NCBI GenBank assembly: GCA_007693605.1
Contig: REDG01000057.1
Span: 1-51,511, forward strand
Length of the DNA: 51,511 nucleotides
Reading direction: 5' to 3'
From: Bradymonadales bacterium
GTDB lineage: Bacteria; Bdellovibrionota; UBA2394
The notes beneath the pieces were generated by a model. It did not search any database. It saw nothing but the letters and a program-made list of their open reading frames with translations, and was not told the DNA's origin. Shown here piece by piece: positions 10,825-21,100 of this stretch; position 1 is the stretch's first letter, and the number at the start of each line of letters is the position of its first letter. The position numbers and the translations under genes were made by a program.

Positions 10825-11487
10825 TCACTGAAATCTTTGAGAAATTCCGTTTAGCTCCTTCATCACACGAGCTTCGAGCTTCTCCCAACCGAATCGAATG
10901 ATCGAACAGAAGATCATCATTTTGATGAAGTGGCCGAGCCCCGCCAGAAAAACCAAGCGATAAATCGAAAGCCCAGCTTCTTTGCCAACATTCAATAGCT
11001 GTGCGTCGGCCATGCCGATCATCAAGGTAATCATCTGAGTGGGCAAAGAGATGCTGGCCCCGATGAAGGCGGCCCAGGGCCCGTAGCTTTGAAGAGCCGC
11101 ATCGGCAGATTCATAAACAGTCTCTAGCCCCATGCGATCAATAAAAAACCAGATCAGGTCGGGCGGAATGAGTCTGCCAACCCAATAGATCGCAAAGTTG
11201 TTCAGTGTCATTGAAGCAACGAAGATCATGGCAAACAGTCGCCATCGTCTTGGCGAGATCGTGACGGCTGCCCCGGTCATAATCATGCTGGGTAAGACCA
11301 CAAGAAAGCCGTCAAAAAAAAGAATGATGAAGAGTGCGATGGGTAAAAAATTTGACTCCCGATGCCTGCGCGCAAAACGAACCCACGCAACCAAGACCTT
11401 CTTTTGAAAGTGCTTCAGACCCAATCGAGTGCGAGACCAGACTCCCAGTTTTTTCTTTTTTGAATCGGCCACGCCTCTATTTCCCAT
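10825..11487 (-). CDS. Integral membrane protein, YqaA/DedA(VTT)-like
   Basis: Hydrophobic; FFDGFLVVLP, YWVGR, YG.WA, ISLPTQ pattern. Confidence 0.6.
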   Translation of the reverse strand: MGNRGVADSKKKKLGVWSRTRLGLKHFQKKVLVAWVRFARRHRESNFLPIALFIILFFDGFLVVLPSMIMTGAAVTISPRRWRLFAMIFVASMTLNNFAIYWVGRLIPPDLIWFFIDRMGLETVYESADAALQSYGPWAAFIGASISLPTQMITLMIGMADAQLLNVGKEAGLSIYRLVFLAGLGHFIKMMIFCSIIRFGWEKLEARVMKELNGISQRFQ

Positions 11488-11635
11488 GCCCTATCTCTGT
11501 CTTCTGCATCCTAGGCATTCTGCTACATCCATTCTCAATTCTCATGTCCCCAAAATTTCGAACCAGATCGGCTGGAAAGAAATTCCCTAGAAGAAGACCT
11601 TTTCCATTTTAACGGGAAAGCCTAATTTGGTCGCT

Positions 11636-12199
11636 ATGAAAACGCTCATCCTCTCAGGTACCAATCGTAGAGATTCTATGACTCGGCGCCTCAGTCAATT
11701 CGTTTACGAAGAGATTCAGAGCCGAGACCCCAAGGGAAGCTTCGACCTTATGGATCTGGTCGAACTCCCTCCTGAAATTTTTCTGCCAGAAGTCTATGTT
11801 CAAAAACCTAAAAGCTTTGAGCCTTGGGCTCGTCGCTTTGTCGATGCGGACGCCATTATCAGCATCTTGCCTGAGTATAACGGAGCCGCCCCAGGGGTAT
11901 TCAAGTACTTTATCGATATGCTTCCCTTCCCTGAAGCTCTCTATAAGATCCCTTGCAGCTTTTTCGGATTGTCTGCAGGGCGATTTGGCGCCCTTCGATC
12001 GGTCGAGCAAGTCCAGCAGGTGTTCATGTATCGAAATGCTCTCGTCTATCCGGAAAATCTCTTTATCCCTGCCGTCGAGAGCGCTCTGACCGAAACGGGT
12101 GGCCCTAAGGACGAGTTCTTGCAGAAGCTTTTCCAGCAGTATCTGGACGGTTTTTTGGAGTTCGCAAAGGCCTGCCAGAGCTTGCGGAAAAAGTCTTAA
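11636..12199 (+). CDS. NADPH-dependent FMN reductase (flavodoxin-fold)
   Basis: [34 protein letters not shown]. Confidence 0.9.
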   Translation: MKTLILSGTNRRDSMTRRLSQFVYEEIQSRDPKGSFDLMDLVELPPEIFLPEVYVQKPKSFEPWARRFVDADAIISILPEYNGAAPGVFKYFIDMLPFPEALYKIPCSFFGLSAGRFGALRSVEQVQQVFMYRNALVYPENLFIPAVESALTETGGPKDEFLQKLFQQYLDGFLEFAKACQSLRKKS

Positions 12200-13263
12200 G
12201 CGAGATCGATTTTCGGATTGAGATAAACGGCCTGCATCGCGTTTAGGAGCTCTACTCCCTCTTTCATTGGCCGTTGAAAAATCTTTCGGCCAGAGATCAA
12301 CCCCATGCCCCCTGCCCTCTTGTTAATGATCGCGGTCCGAACGATTTCTTGAAAGTCGTTCTTTCCACTCGCCCCACCAGAATTGATCAAGCCCACTCGA
12401 CCAAAATAGGAGTTGGCAACCTGATAACGAACCCACTCAATCGGATGATCGGGGCAGAGCTCTGAATAAACCTTGTCATGAGTCTTTCCAAACTTGAGGG
12501 CCTTATAGCCTCCGTTGGTCTCTGGCATCTTCTGCTTCACAATATCCGCCCCGAGAGTCGCACCCAGATGATTCGCTTGAGAGCTAAGATCGGCAGCGAG
12601 GTGATAGTCTTCTTTTGAGGTCTTGAACTCGGGATTTCGAAGATAGCACCAAAGAATACAAAACATCCCCAACTCGTGAGCAAGCCGAAAGGCCTCTGAG
12701 ACCTCTTGGATCTGTCGTTGCGACTCTGAAGAGCCAAAGTAGACCGTGGCTCCAACCCCTTGCGCTCCCAGGTCAAAGGCCGCCTCTACCTGAGAGAAGA
12801 AGATCTGATCGTGAGAATTTGGAAAGCTCAACAACTCGTTGTGATTGAGCTTCAGAATGAAGGGGATTCGATGAGCATACTTTCGAGCCACCGAGCTCAA
12901 AACCCCATAAGTCGAGGCGACCGCATTGCAGCCGCCTTCAATGGCCAGTTCAACGATCTTTTCAGAGTCAAAATAGTCGGGGTTTGGCGCGAAAGAGGCC
13001 CCTGCCGAATGCTCTACGCCCTGGTCGACCGGCAAGATCGAAAGGTAGCCAGTCCCCTTCAAATTGCCGGCATCATACATCCGCTGCAAAGCCCCTAAAA
13101 CCCGCAAATTTCGATCACTCAATGACCAGACCTTCTCAACAAAGCGAGGTCCGGGGGCCTGGAGCCTCTCTTTGGGAATCCCCCGGCATCGATAGGTCAA
13201 TAGGGCCTCTTCGGCTTCGAGGGCGGCTTCTAAGTTTTTTGGAGCAGAAAATTCGTTGATCAT
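12196..13263 (-). CDS. fbaB: Class I fructose-bisphosphate aldolase (DhnA type)
   Basis: [56 protein letters not shown]. Confidence 0.95.
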   Translation of the reverse strand: MINEFSAPKNLEAALEAEEALLTYRCRGIPKERLQAPGPRFVEKVWSLSDRNLRVLGALQRMYDAGNLKGTGYLSILPVDQGVEHSAGASFAPNPDYFDSEKIVELAIEGGCNAVASTYGVLSSVARKYAHRIPFILKLNHNELLSFPNSHDQIFFSQVEAAFDLGAQGVGATVYFGSSESQRQIQEVSEAFRLAHELGMFCILWCYLRNPEFKTSKEDYHLAADLSSQANHLGATLGADIVKQKMPETNGGYKALKFGKTHDKVYSELCPDHPIEWVRYQVANSYFGRVGLINSGGASGKNDFQEIVRTAIINKRAGGMGLISGRKIFQRPMKEGVELLNAMQAVYLNPKIDLA

Positions 13264-13391
13264 CGCCTTTGTCTTATCTAAAAGGCTTAGGTTCTGGGAA
13301 GACTTTTTGTGAGTCTCCGAGGACCGAAAGTTGTTTCAAGAGTTTTTAGGACTCTGTTGGCGGTTTAAGAGAAAGCGAGTAATTTGCGGGA

Positions 13392-14015
13392 ATGAAATCA
13401 AAAACAAGCAGTGTGAAAAAGTTTAGGCTACAACGGCGGTTAAATACCGATCTTCCGGGTTTGGGAAAGCCAGGGGCTTTGGACCGAAGGCCCTACGGGC
13501 CGGGCCAACATGGTCAGGGTCGAAAGAAGCCCTCTGAGTACAGTCTTCGCTTGCAAGAGAAGCAAAAACTGATCGCTCACTACGGGATTACCGAAAGACA
13601 GCTTCAGCGCTTTGTACGAGACAGCAATCGAGCCGGCTTGAATTGGGTTTCTGAACTCTCCAGACGACTGGAGATGCGACTCGACAATTTGGTCTTTCGC
13701 TTTCAATTTGCCCCTTCCGTGATCGCCGCTCGGCAAATGATTCTGCATGGGCATGTTTTGGTGAACGGTCGAAAGTGTCGCATTGGCTCTCGTGTATTGA
13801 ATGCTGGGGATGAGGTCAGTCTGGCCGAAGCCTCTCGCGAACATCAAAATTTCGTTCAGTGCCAGTCGAGCCCGCGCTTGGATCTTCCTGCTTTTCTTGA
13901 AAAGAAGGAGCCTTTCAGTGGCAAGATCATTTCAGACCCAACCACTGAAGATATCCCCTTTAATTACAACGACCGTCTCATTGCTGAGTATTACGCGACT
14001 CGAGGAAGAAAGTAA
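13392..14015 (+). CDS. rpsD: 30S ribosomal protein S4 (stand-alone, no Zn-cysteines)
   Basis: PGQHG, SEYSLRLQEKQK..HYG, LEMRLDNLVFR, ARQMILHGHVLVNG, LIAEYY. Confidence 0.95.
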   Translation: MKSKTSSVKKFRLQRRLNTDLPGLGKPGALDRRPYGPGQHGQGRKKPSEYSLRLQEKQKLIAHYGITERQLQRFVRDSNRAGLNWVSELSRRLEMRLDNLVFRFQFAPSVIAARQMILHGHVLVNGRKCRIGSRVLNAGDEVSLAEASREHQNFVQCQSSPRLDLPAFLEKKEPFSGKIISDPTTEDIPFNYNDRLIAEYYATRGRK

Positions 14016-14107
14016 GGGAGACCTGGCGCTCCCCGACCATCCGCTTTGGCGGCTTCGTGCATCTGGATGTTTATCGCATCTCCCTGATCAGGAGTTTGAC
14101 GACAATC
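14015..14107. repeat. Degenerate REP/MITE-like element right after the rpsD stop
   Basis: AGGGAGA...TCTCCCT ends; CCATCCGCTTTGGCGGCTTCG matches CCATCTGCTTTGGTGGCTTCG of the 24.1 kb copy; trailing GAGTTTGACGACAATC matches GAGTTTGGCGACAATC at 10797. Confidence 0.7.
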
Positions 14108-14112
14108 TCAAG

Positions 14113-15738
14113 TTATATCAGTCGAGGGGATTTCTTTCTGTTTTGAAGCTTTATCTGTGACTCTCCAAGCACCACGGGTTCTTGGGGATGTGAACCTGAG
14201 CCCTGCTCCTTATCGGGATCGGAGTTGCCTGGCTGATCTGAAAATCCATTTTGACCAGTGGTCGTAGTCGATCCTGCAAACACTGGCCCTTCTGGCTGTG
14301 AGCCCCCTCCCATTGTGGCAGACGGATTCTTGGTCTGCCCTCTTGTGGCTGAACTTGAGTTGGGATTGCTATGCCCGCGCTTGGCATCTGAAGCGGCTGC
14401 CACCCCAGCAGGGGAGGCCGTTGACTCGGAGGGCTTTGAGCCAACACCGGGCTTGACTGAGGAGTCTGCATTTTGTGGAAACCAAACCAGATTGGGCAGC
14501 AAGCCTGCCGCGGCGGGAGGGAGGCTAGGATTCTGAAGAATAAGAGAGGACTGAGCGCCGGAGCTTCCCGCTAAGGTGCCACCGGCCAAATCAGGCCCGC
14601 TCGATCCAGCCTCGGCGGTCGGTGAAGCCCCCAAGCCCTCAGGACTTGTGGTTTCAAGAAGCGAAGCAGAAGACGAAGTTCGAGGCCCTTGAGCGGATGT
14701 CAATGGCCCGACGGAGTAATCCCCCGAGGATCTTTCTGATGCCACTCTTTGAGAGGCCGGAAAACTTCCACGAATCGGAAAGCTAGGTGTTCTCATCTTC
14801 TTAGAGTCGGCTCTCTGGTCTGCTGTTTTCGGAAGAGAGTCGAGCAACTGCTTCAGCAATCCAAATCCTTGCTTTGGAGCCATCTTTTCCTCCGAGTTGT
14901 TCTCATCAGGCTCCCAAGGCTCGCTTAGCCCTGAGAACAGAGGTTCAACCCCAGAAGCTCCTTCTCCGTCTTGATAGGCTCCCCTGGCTCCATGAGTTTC
15001 TCCTGGCTTTTGCTTTCCAAACAACTCCTCTAAGTCAAATGAGTTTCTGACGCTTCCGTCCTCAAAAAAAGATTCGATTTTTGTACCGTCTTCGGAAAAC
15101 TGAAAAGAAGGCTGACTCAATTCATAAAGCTCTTTGTAAGGGGGGAGGTTTAAAGGAAACGAATCGGGGGTATAGATCCATGGCACTTGCTCGAGACTGT
15201 TTGGCAAACTCGCAAAGTCAAAGCTTTCAGTGGAAGGGTCAAAGCGCATTACCCCGTCAGGCCCTTGAACGAAGATCAAGGCTGAAGAATCTTCTGTTTC
15301 ATCCGAATACTCCGCGCTTTCATTTGAAGACTCTGGTCGAACAATAACGAAAGTCGAAGGCTTGGAAGCCTCTGCGGGCTCTCCCATCGAAGCCCTGACT
15401 TCTCGCACTAAGGCCTGATAGGCTTCTGCCAAAAAATCCTTGGCTTCTGGAGGAAGCTCGGGAGAAGCCTCTGGACTCTCTTTCTCAAGCTGGTTCTCAA
15501 GGTCCATGGGTTCTGCGGATTTCAGTTCTGTTTTTGGCTGCGGGGGCGGGCAAAACTTTCCGTGAAGGCAGCTGCCCCTCGGGATTTCTTTCATGCTAAA
15601 CTCTAAAATACTGGAGACAGTCGCTTTCTTGGGCAGGGCAGAGTCTTCCTCAATGCAAGGCTCATCCTCTGCAAACAGAGTCTGTGTCGAAATGAAAATC
15701 AGCAGCGCCTGAAGCACAGCGACCGAACGACCCGCCAA
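14113..15738 (-). CDS. Hypothetical secreted protein, low-complexity S/G/P/A-rich C-half
   Basis: 541 aa ORF with signal-peptide-like N-terminus; start uncertain. Confidence 0.65.
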   Translation of the reverse strand: MAGRSVAVLQALLIFISTQTLFAEDEPCIEEDSALPKKATVSSILEFSMKEIPRGSCLHGKFCPPPQPKTELKSAEPMDLENQLEKESPEASPELPPEAKDFLAEAYQALVREVRASMGEPAEASKPSTFVIVRPESSNESAEYSDETEDSSALIFVQGPDGVMRFDPSTESFDFASLPNSLEQVPWIYTPDSFPLNLPPYKELYELSQPSFQFSEDGTKIESFFEDGSVRNSFDLEELFGKQKPGETHGARGAYQDGEGASGVEPLFSGLSEPWEPDENNSEEKMAPKQGFGLLKQLLDSLPKTADQRADSKKMRTPSFPIRGSFPASQRVASERSSGDYSVGPLTSAQGPRTSSSASLLETTSPEGLGASPTAEAGSSGPDLAGGTLAGSSGAQSSLILQNPSLPPAAAGLLPNLVWFPQNADSSVKPGVGSKPSESTASPAGVAAASDAKRGHSNPNSSSATRGQTKNPSATMGGGSQPEGPVFAGSTTTTGQNGFSDQPGNSDPDKEQGSGSHPQEPVVLGESQIKLQNRKKSPRLI

Positions 15739-15877
15739 GCGAATTCCCTCCTCAGACCATAGCTAAAGCAAGCTCTAAGCCATCGAGGTCACTTGAAATC
15801 ATTGAGGTTTTTTAAGAAACTGGCTGGAACTGCGACATGGGTGGGACTAACTGCGACAAGCCTGCCCCAGTCTCCAT

Positions 15878-15906
15878 GGGAGTGGCGCAAAAGGCCCATC
15901 TGCTTT
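15878..15906 (+). repeat. Solo end motif of the repeat family
   Basis: GGGAGTGGCGCAAAAGGCCCATCTGCTTT, near-identical to 20746-20772. Confidence 0.75.
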
Positions 15907-15926
15907 AGAGATGTTCCCAAGATGCC

Positions 15927-16436
15927 TTAGCGAGCCTTGGGCTTGAGGCTTTTGTTTTTTTCGGCTTCGGCCGCTTCAATACGCTCAAAGAGGGTCGGGG
16001 CTGCCTCTTGACTGAGCCTCTCGCCAAGCTCCGCACCCCTTTGAAAGAGCTTCGGCCACTCTCTCATCGCCTTTTGTCCGACGGGAGTTTTATAAAACTT
16101 CACTAGCTCACGAAGCTCTGCCGCCGTAAACGAATCCACATAAATTTCTATGTTTCCCCGCCTAAAGTCGTCCCCACTAAAAATCTCTCGATAAAACTCC
16201 TCGATCATCGAGCGGTATTCTTCAAGGCCCGGAAAGCTCATCACAAGGACCTCCGCCGCCTGATCGGCCATTTCAGACATGGTTTTAAAAAAATTCATCG
16301 CCTCTAAAAGCTCTTCGGCGGCCTTCAATCTCTCTTTTCGATCTGCCGTTTCAGTGGGGACTTTGCTGGATTCCGCTCCCAAGTCAAAGCCCATTAAAAA
16401 AACACAAGCCAAGATTAAAAAAGATCTAAAATACAT
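15927..16436 (-). CDS. DUF2059 domain exported protein
   Basis: IYVDSFTAAELRELVKFYKTPVGQK motif; signal peptide. Confidence 0.85.
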   Translation of the reverse strand: MYFRSFLILACVFLMGFDLGAESSKVPTETADRKERLKAAEELLEAMNFFKTMSEMADQAAEVLVMSFPGLEEYRSMIEEFYREIFSGDDFRRGNIEIYVDSFTAAELRELVKFYKTPVGQKAMREWPKLFQRGAELGERLSQEAAPTLFERIEAAEAEKNKSLKPKAR

Positions 16437-16493
16437 CGTTCCCCCGTCAGATAAAGTCTATCAGAGAGGCCTTATTTTTCACGCCGCCCTATG

Positions 16494-17240
16494 TCAGTCT
16501 CGCAACCGGATCCGAGGGATCCGTTGCCAGTTCCTGAAGCTCCTCAAAATTCTTTCGGCATCATGCTGAAGCTCTCGGCTGACTTGATTGACTCTATGGC
16601 CCCCCCCATCTGGCAGGCTGTTAATCCATAAGGGGAGGGCGTGTCTTAAGTTTTCAAGTTGAGCTTGCACGAAAGGTCCCTCATCGGAGTTTAAAATAAG
16701 ATCTCTCCAAACTTCCCTGGTCTGAGGGTCCACTAGACTTTTTAGGACCCGAAGCCCTGCTCGCATTCCAAGATCGGCAATCACGGGATCGTTCACCGGA
16801 TTGCGATACTCTCCGGGAAGGCTGATGTAGCCCTGCAAGTCTCTTAAGTCTTTAAGTTCTGCCCCAATTTTCTTCTCCGCCCTCTCGACATTCAATTCAG
16901 CCTGCCGAGTAGCGATCAAAGCTTTGTTTGAGTGGGGAATCAGATCTCTTAAGAAAACAATCTCGCCGGTTTCCCTTACGGTCCTTGTGGACAGCGTATG
17001 GTACTTCAGATCTTCACGATAAAAGCTCCGAAACGGCTTCCAATCGGGATGAAAGCCGGGGGTCACCCAAACGACTCGCTCCCCATCGGCAAGAGTCGTC
17101 AGAGTGTCTGCGGTTCTAACAATTGTTCTCCCAAGTCCTTTCAACGCATTTCGACAGAATCCGGCCTCTGCCTCAAGGCTGAGGAAAAACAGAGAAATCA
17201 ATGCCGCTATAAAGACTTTCACTGCCCAAAGGGGATGCAA
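16494..17240 (-). CDS. Hypothetical secreted protein
   Basis: 248 aa; signal peptide ending AEA, followed by GFCRNAL. Confidence 0.65.
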   Translation of the reverse strand: MHPLWAVKVFIAALISLFFLSLEAEAGFCRNALKGLGRTIVRTADTLTTLADGERVVWVTPGFHPDWKPFRSFYREDLKYHTLSTRTVRETGEIVFLRDLIPHSNKALIATRQAELNVERAEKKIGAELKDLRDLQGYISLPGEYRNPVNDPVIADLGMRAGLRVLKSLVDPQTREVWRDLILNSDEGPFVQAQLENLRHALPLWINSLPDGGGHRVNQVSRELQHDAERILRSFRNWQRIPRIRLRD

Positions 17241-17355
17241 GTATCGTACCGGCTAGACGCGGCGCCCAGGGGGCCTGGGATACCGGCCCATTCTGCCAGA
17301 GACTATTCATTCTGGGGGACTGCGTGTCATTGCCAGAATCCTCCATAATTGAACT

Positions 17356-18513
17356 GTGATGCAGGGGGAATTGTCCAAGGCGGGGGGCTTGTCGGACTTC
17401 TATCGAATAGAGGCGATCGAAGATCGTTTTCTTGAGATTCAACTCCAGGGCGCTTGGAACTCTTCGGCCCAATTGCCCGGTCGAGACCAACTGGAACAAC
17501 AAATTCTGTCGCTACAGCCAAAAAAACTCTTTTTCAACTGCAAAGAGCTTTCGTCTTGGAATTCAGTGCTGGTGGTCTTTGTTTCGGAGATTAGAAGAAT
17601 CGCAAAACAAAACTCCCTGGAGCTTGACTGCGAACAACTTCCTCAAGGCGTGAGCCGACTGATTCGATTGTCTGAAGCCGTGCCTGAAAACGAAGAGGCT
17701 CGCTTTCAAGACTATCATGATAGCTTCTTCGAGAAGGTTGGAAGAGAGTCTGTAAAGACCCTCAATGCGGGTCACGACCTCTTAGAATTCTTCGGAAGAA
17801 TCATCGTGGTGTCTGGACAGTTTCTGAGAGGTTGTGCGCGATACCGTGCGGTCGATATCTTTCGCAATATTCAAGAGACTGGCGCCCAAGCGCTTCCTAT
17901 CATCAGCCTCATCGCATTTCTGATGGGCTTAATCTTGGCCTATGTTGGGGCCGTTCAACTCACTCAGTTTGGAGCGCAAATATTTGTCGCAGACCTGGTG
18001 GCCATCGCCATTGTTCGAGAGATGGGCCCCATCATGACCGCAGTCGTGATGGCGGGTCGAACCGGAGCGGCCTTTGCAGCACAGCTCGGCACCATGAAGG
18101 TCAACCAAGAGATTGATGCCTATCAAACCATGGCCATCTCTCCCTACCAGTTCTTAGTCTTCCCTCGACTTCTGGCTCTTTGCCTGATGATGCCCCTGTT
18201 GTGCGTGTTCTCAAACTTTATTGGCATTTTCGGAGGAGCCGTGGTCGCGCGCTATCACCTAGGAATCTCTTGGCTTCAGTACTACACCCAAGTTCAATCG
18301 GCAATTGGCGTTCCAGACATCTCACTGAGCTTAATCAAAGCCTTTGTTTTTGGAGTCGTTGTCGCGGCCTTCGGTTGCTATCGAGGCATGCGTTCAGGAA
18401 ACAACGCCCTAGCTGTCGGACAAGCCGCCACCTCAGCCGTCGTGAGTTCTCTTGTATTGATTGTGATTTTGGATGCCCTGTTTGCCATCATGACAGGAGT
18501 CTGGGGAATCTAA
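17356..18513 (+). CDS. mlaE: MlaE-family ABC permease with N-terminal STAS-like domain
   Basis: REMGPIMTAVVMAGRTGAAFAAQLGTMKVNQEIDA, PR..AL, VGQAATSAVV. Confidence 0.92.
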   Translation: MMQGELSKAGGLSDFYRIEAIEDRFLEIQLQGAWNSSAQLPGRDQLEQQILSLQPKKLFFNCKELSSWNSVLVVFVSEIRRIAKQNSLELDCEQLPQGVSRLIRLSEAVPENEEARFQDYHDSFFEKVGRESVKTLNAGHDLLEFFGRIIVVSGQFLRGCARYRAVDIFRNIQETGAQALPIISLIAFLMGLILAYVGAVQLTQFGAQIFVADLVAIAIVREMGPIMTAVVMAGRTGAAFAAQLGTMKVNQEIDAYQTMAISPYQFLVFPRLLALCLMMPLLCVFSNFIGIFGGAVVARYHLGISWLQYYTQVQSAIGVPDISLSLIKAFVFGVVVAAFGCYRGMRSGNNALAVGQAATSAVVSSLVLIVILDALFAIMTGVWGI

Positions 18514-18514
18514 T

Positions 18515-19303
18515 ATGGCGGCTTTCAACCATCCTAATTCTCCCATTCGAGTCGAAAACCTCAGCATGGCCTACGACTCGTTCTTGATCATGCGTGATTT
18601 AAATTTCTCGGTCAAACGAGGCAGCATCTTCGTTGTGATGGGCGGAAGTGGATGCGGCAAGAGCACTCTTCTTAAACATCTGGTTGGCCTGAAAGAACCC
18701 GCGAAGGGTCGCATCCTCTACGATGATCTTGATTTCACGGCCTGTGACATCGAAGACAGAAAGACCGTTCTTAGAAGAATGGGAGTTCTCTATCAGACGG
18801 GTGCTCTCTGGAGCGCTCTCACCCTCTTGGAGAATGTCTCCATTCCCTTGAAAGAATTCACAAGTTTTTCCGCAAACGAGATCGATGAAATCGCGAGACT
18901 CAAGTTAGCCCTTGTCGGATTGAAAGGTTTTGAAGACCACTACCCCTCTCAAATTAGTGGCGGAATGCAAAAGAGGGCCGGTCTGGCAAGAGCAATGGCT
19001 CTTGATCCTGAGTTTTTATTTTTTGATGAACCCTCTGCGGGGCTTGACCCCCTCTCTTCTCGAAGACTGGATGACCTCATCCTCGAACTTCGAGACAGTC
19101 TGGGAACTACCGTGGTGGTGGTGACTCATGAGCTAGATAGCATCTTCAAAATCGCAGACGATTCCATCTTTCTAGACACTCAAACAAAGAGTGTTCTAGA
19201 TCACGGCAACCCAAAGCAGCTTCGGGCGGAAAGCCCTCATCCGGCAGTTCGAAGCTTTTTAACTCGAGGAGGCGACAGTGAAAAAGAAGCCCATACGATT
19301 TAG
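18515..19303 (+). CDS. mlaF: MlaF-like ABC transporter ATP-binding protein
   Basis: GGSGCGKST, ISGGMQKR, FFDEPSAGLDP, VTHEL. Confidence 0.92.
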   Translation: MAAFNHPNSPIRVENLSMAYDSFLIMRDLNFSVKRGSIFVVMGGSGCGKSTLLKHLVGLKEPAKGRILYDDLDFTACDIEDRKTVLRRMGVLYQTGALWSALTLLENVSIPLKEFTSFSANEIDEIARLKLALVGLKGFEDHYPSQISGGMQKRAGLARAMALDPEFLFFDEPSAGLDPLSSRRLDDLILELRDSLGTTVVVVTHELDSIFKIADDSIFLDTQTKSVLDHGNPKQLRAESPHPAVRSFLTRGGDSEKEAHTI

Positions 19304-20102
19304 TACCATTGGCGCTTTCGTTACGGGAGGACTGGCCTTGATCATTGGAGGCGTTATCTTTCTTGGCTCTGGCGAGATTTTTAAATCAAGTCGTGAGTTC
19401 GTCTTGATCTTCGACCAATCCGTAAACGGTCTATCTATTGGGGCTCCGGTTAAGTTTCGAGGCGTCCAGGTGGGATTAGTTCGTGCTATACGGCTTCACC
19501 ACCAAAAATCCGTAGAATTTCCTCAGATTGCAGTCTTGATTGGAGTTCACAGCGCTGAGCAGGGCAGTCGAGTGGGCGAAACTCTGTCACTCTCAGATCC
19601 GGCGCTTCTAGAAACTCTAATTGATAAAGGCCTTCGAGCACAACTCAGATCGCAAAGCGTTTTGTCGGGGGAACTCTATGTGAGTCTCGACATGCTTCCC
19701 GACGAGCCACTCGAGTATCAGCTGGCCTCGAGCCCAAACTATCTGGAGATTCCAACGGCAAAGAGTGGCCTCATGGAAGACCTGACGGCCAACTCGGCAA
19801 ACCTCACCCGCTCGCTCTCAGGCGCCCTCGAGAACCTTCAAGTGGTTCTCATGAATATCAACAAGAAGCTCGATCCGGTTTCTGATGAATCGATACAAAC
19901 TCTTCAAGCCGTGAGAGCTGCAATGACACATGTCGGGGAACTGCTTGACCCCCAAGCACCCATAGGTCAACAGATACCAAAATCACTTCAAGAGATTGAA
20001 GAAGCCGCAAAGGCCATTCGCCTACTGGCGGAATACCTAGAGCGGCATCCAAACTCGGTCCTCTTTGGCAGGAGTCGAGTTGAGGTGGTCGAAAGAAAAT
20101 GA
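19278..20102 (+). CDS. mlaD: MCE/MlaD family protein
   Basis: N-terminal TM, SVNGLSIGAPVKFRGVQVG, GLRAQL, LERHPNSVLFGR. Confidence 0.88.
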   Translation: MKKKPIRFSTIGAFVTGGLALIIGGVIFLGSGEIFKSSREFVLIFDQSVNGLSIGAPVKFRGVQVGLVRAIRLHHQKSVEFPQIAVLIGVHSAEQGSRVGETLSLSDPALLETLIDKGLRAQLRSQSVLSGELYVSLDMLPDEPLEYQLASSPNYLEIPTAKSGLMEDLTANSANLTRSLSGALENLQVVLMNINKKLDPVSDESIQTLQAVRAAMTHVGELLDPQAPIGQQIPKSLQEIEEAAKAIRLLAEYLERHPNSVLFGRSRVEVVERK

Positions 20103-20737
20103 AGGCCCCCTTTGTTCTTTTTGTTTTGGGATGCCTTTTCATGATGACGGGCTGTGCAAGTCAAAAACGGCTTGAATCCACTCGTTTTCACAGCCTGCCG
20201 GGGTCAGACTTACAGATTCAGAACCCAGGCAAGCCAGCTCTTGTGGTGGGCATCGGACCGGTCTCAGTGCCACGCCACTTAGATCGTCCCCACTTCGTGC
20301 GCGAAAATGCCAGAGGACAACTCGAAATCTTTGATATTCATCGCTGGTCGCAACCTCTTCGACAACAAATTCGATACGCCCTAGCTTTAGAACTTCAACA
20401 ACAGTTTGCAAAAACGGCTGTCATCTTTCATCCCTGGTATCGAAGCCAAGAGGTTGACATACAAGTGATCATCGAAGTTACAGAGTTTCTGAGCTCCGAC
20501 ACCGAGGGGGTGATTCTCTCGGGCCAGAAAACGCTTCGTCCACTCAAAACAGGTCGAGAAGCCGAAGCCCAAGCTTTTCGGTTTCACCGAGCCCATGACA
20601 GTAGGCTTGTAGAAGATCAAATTGAAAAGATGCGAGAAGTCTTGCAAGACCTTGTTCAACAGGTCTCAAAAGAAGTCCTCAGAGAATACAGCCCACCGCT
20701 TGTCGGAGAAAGGCCTGTGTCAGCTCACCAAAACTGA
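20099..20737 (+). CDS. PqiC/ABC_trans_aux-like lipoprotein
   Basis: Lipobox MTGC; VGIGPVSVPRHLDRP, HRWSQPL; last gene of the MCE operon. Confidence 0.85.
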   Translation: MKAPFVLFVLGCLFMMTGCASQKRLESTRFHSLPGSDLQIQNPGKPALVVGIGPVSVPRHLDRPHFVRENARGQLEIFDIHRWSQPLRQQIRYALALELQQQFAKTAVIFHPWYRSQEVDIQVIIEVTEFLSSDTEGVILSGQKTLRPLKTGREAEAQAFRFHRAHDSRLVEDQIEKMREVLQDLVQQVSKEVLREYSPPLVGERPVSAHQN

Positions 20738-20745
20738 AGCCTGGA

Positions 20746-21030
20746 GGGAGTGTCGCTAAAGGCCCATCTGCTGTAGCTTTCGTTTCATATGGGTACCTTG
20801 ATTCAAGATTCTCAGCATGAGCTTTGGAAGCATCCGCTGGGGACCGCCTAGAATTCCAAACAACTTCGATACCGTCCAGGGCCCGCTCCTTCTCGCGCCA
20901 ACAATTTCTTACTTCGTGATCAGACCCAGCCGCTCGAAGAGCCCCATCGGCTGTCTTCCAAAACTCATGCCAAACACCGTAGGCAGATCGGAATACATCA
21001 CCCCTGTCTTCACGCTAAAGGGCCCCCTGC
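20746..21030 (+). repeat. Long structured repeat unit A
   Basis: Begins with the family end motif; colinear with the reverse complement of 23828-24161 (49-nt perfect block 20814-20862 = rc 24058-24106); 20753-20829 matches rc of 51283-51359 at 71/77. Confidence 0.9.
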
Positions 21031-21100
21031 CCCTTCATTCAGGTCGAGCTTCGGTCGACGCCGTTTGTGGATGGCGTCGCGTTGCCGTGTCGGCAATCTC

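Noticed and set aside
17285..17296. GGCCCATTCTGC resembling the repeat end motif
   Set aside because: Too short and gapped, and lacks the GGGAGTG part; could be chance.
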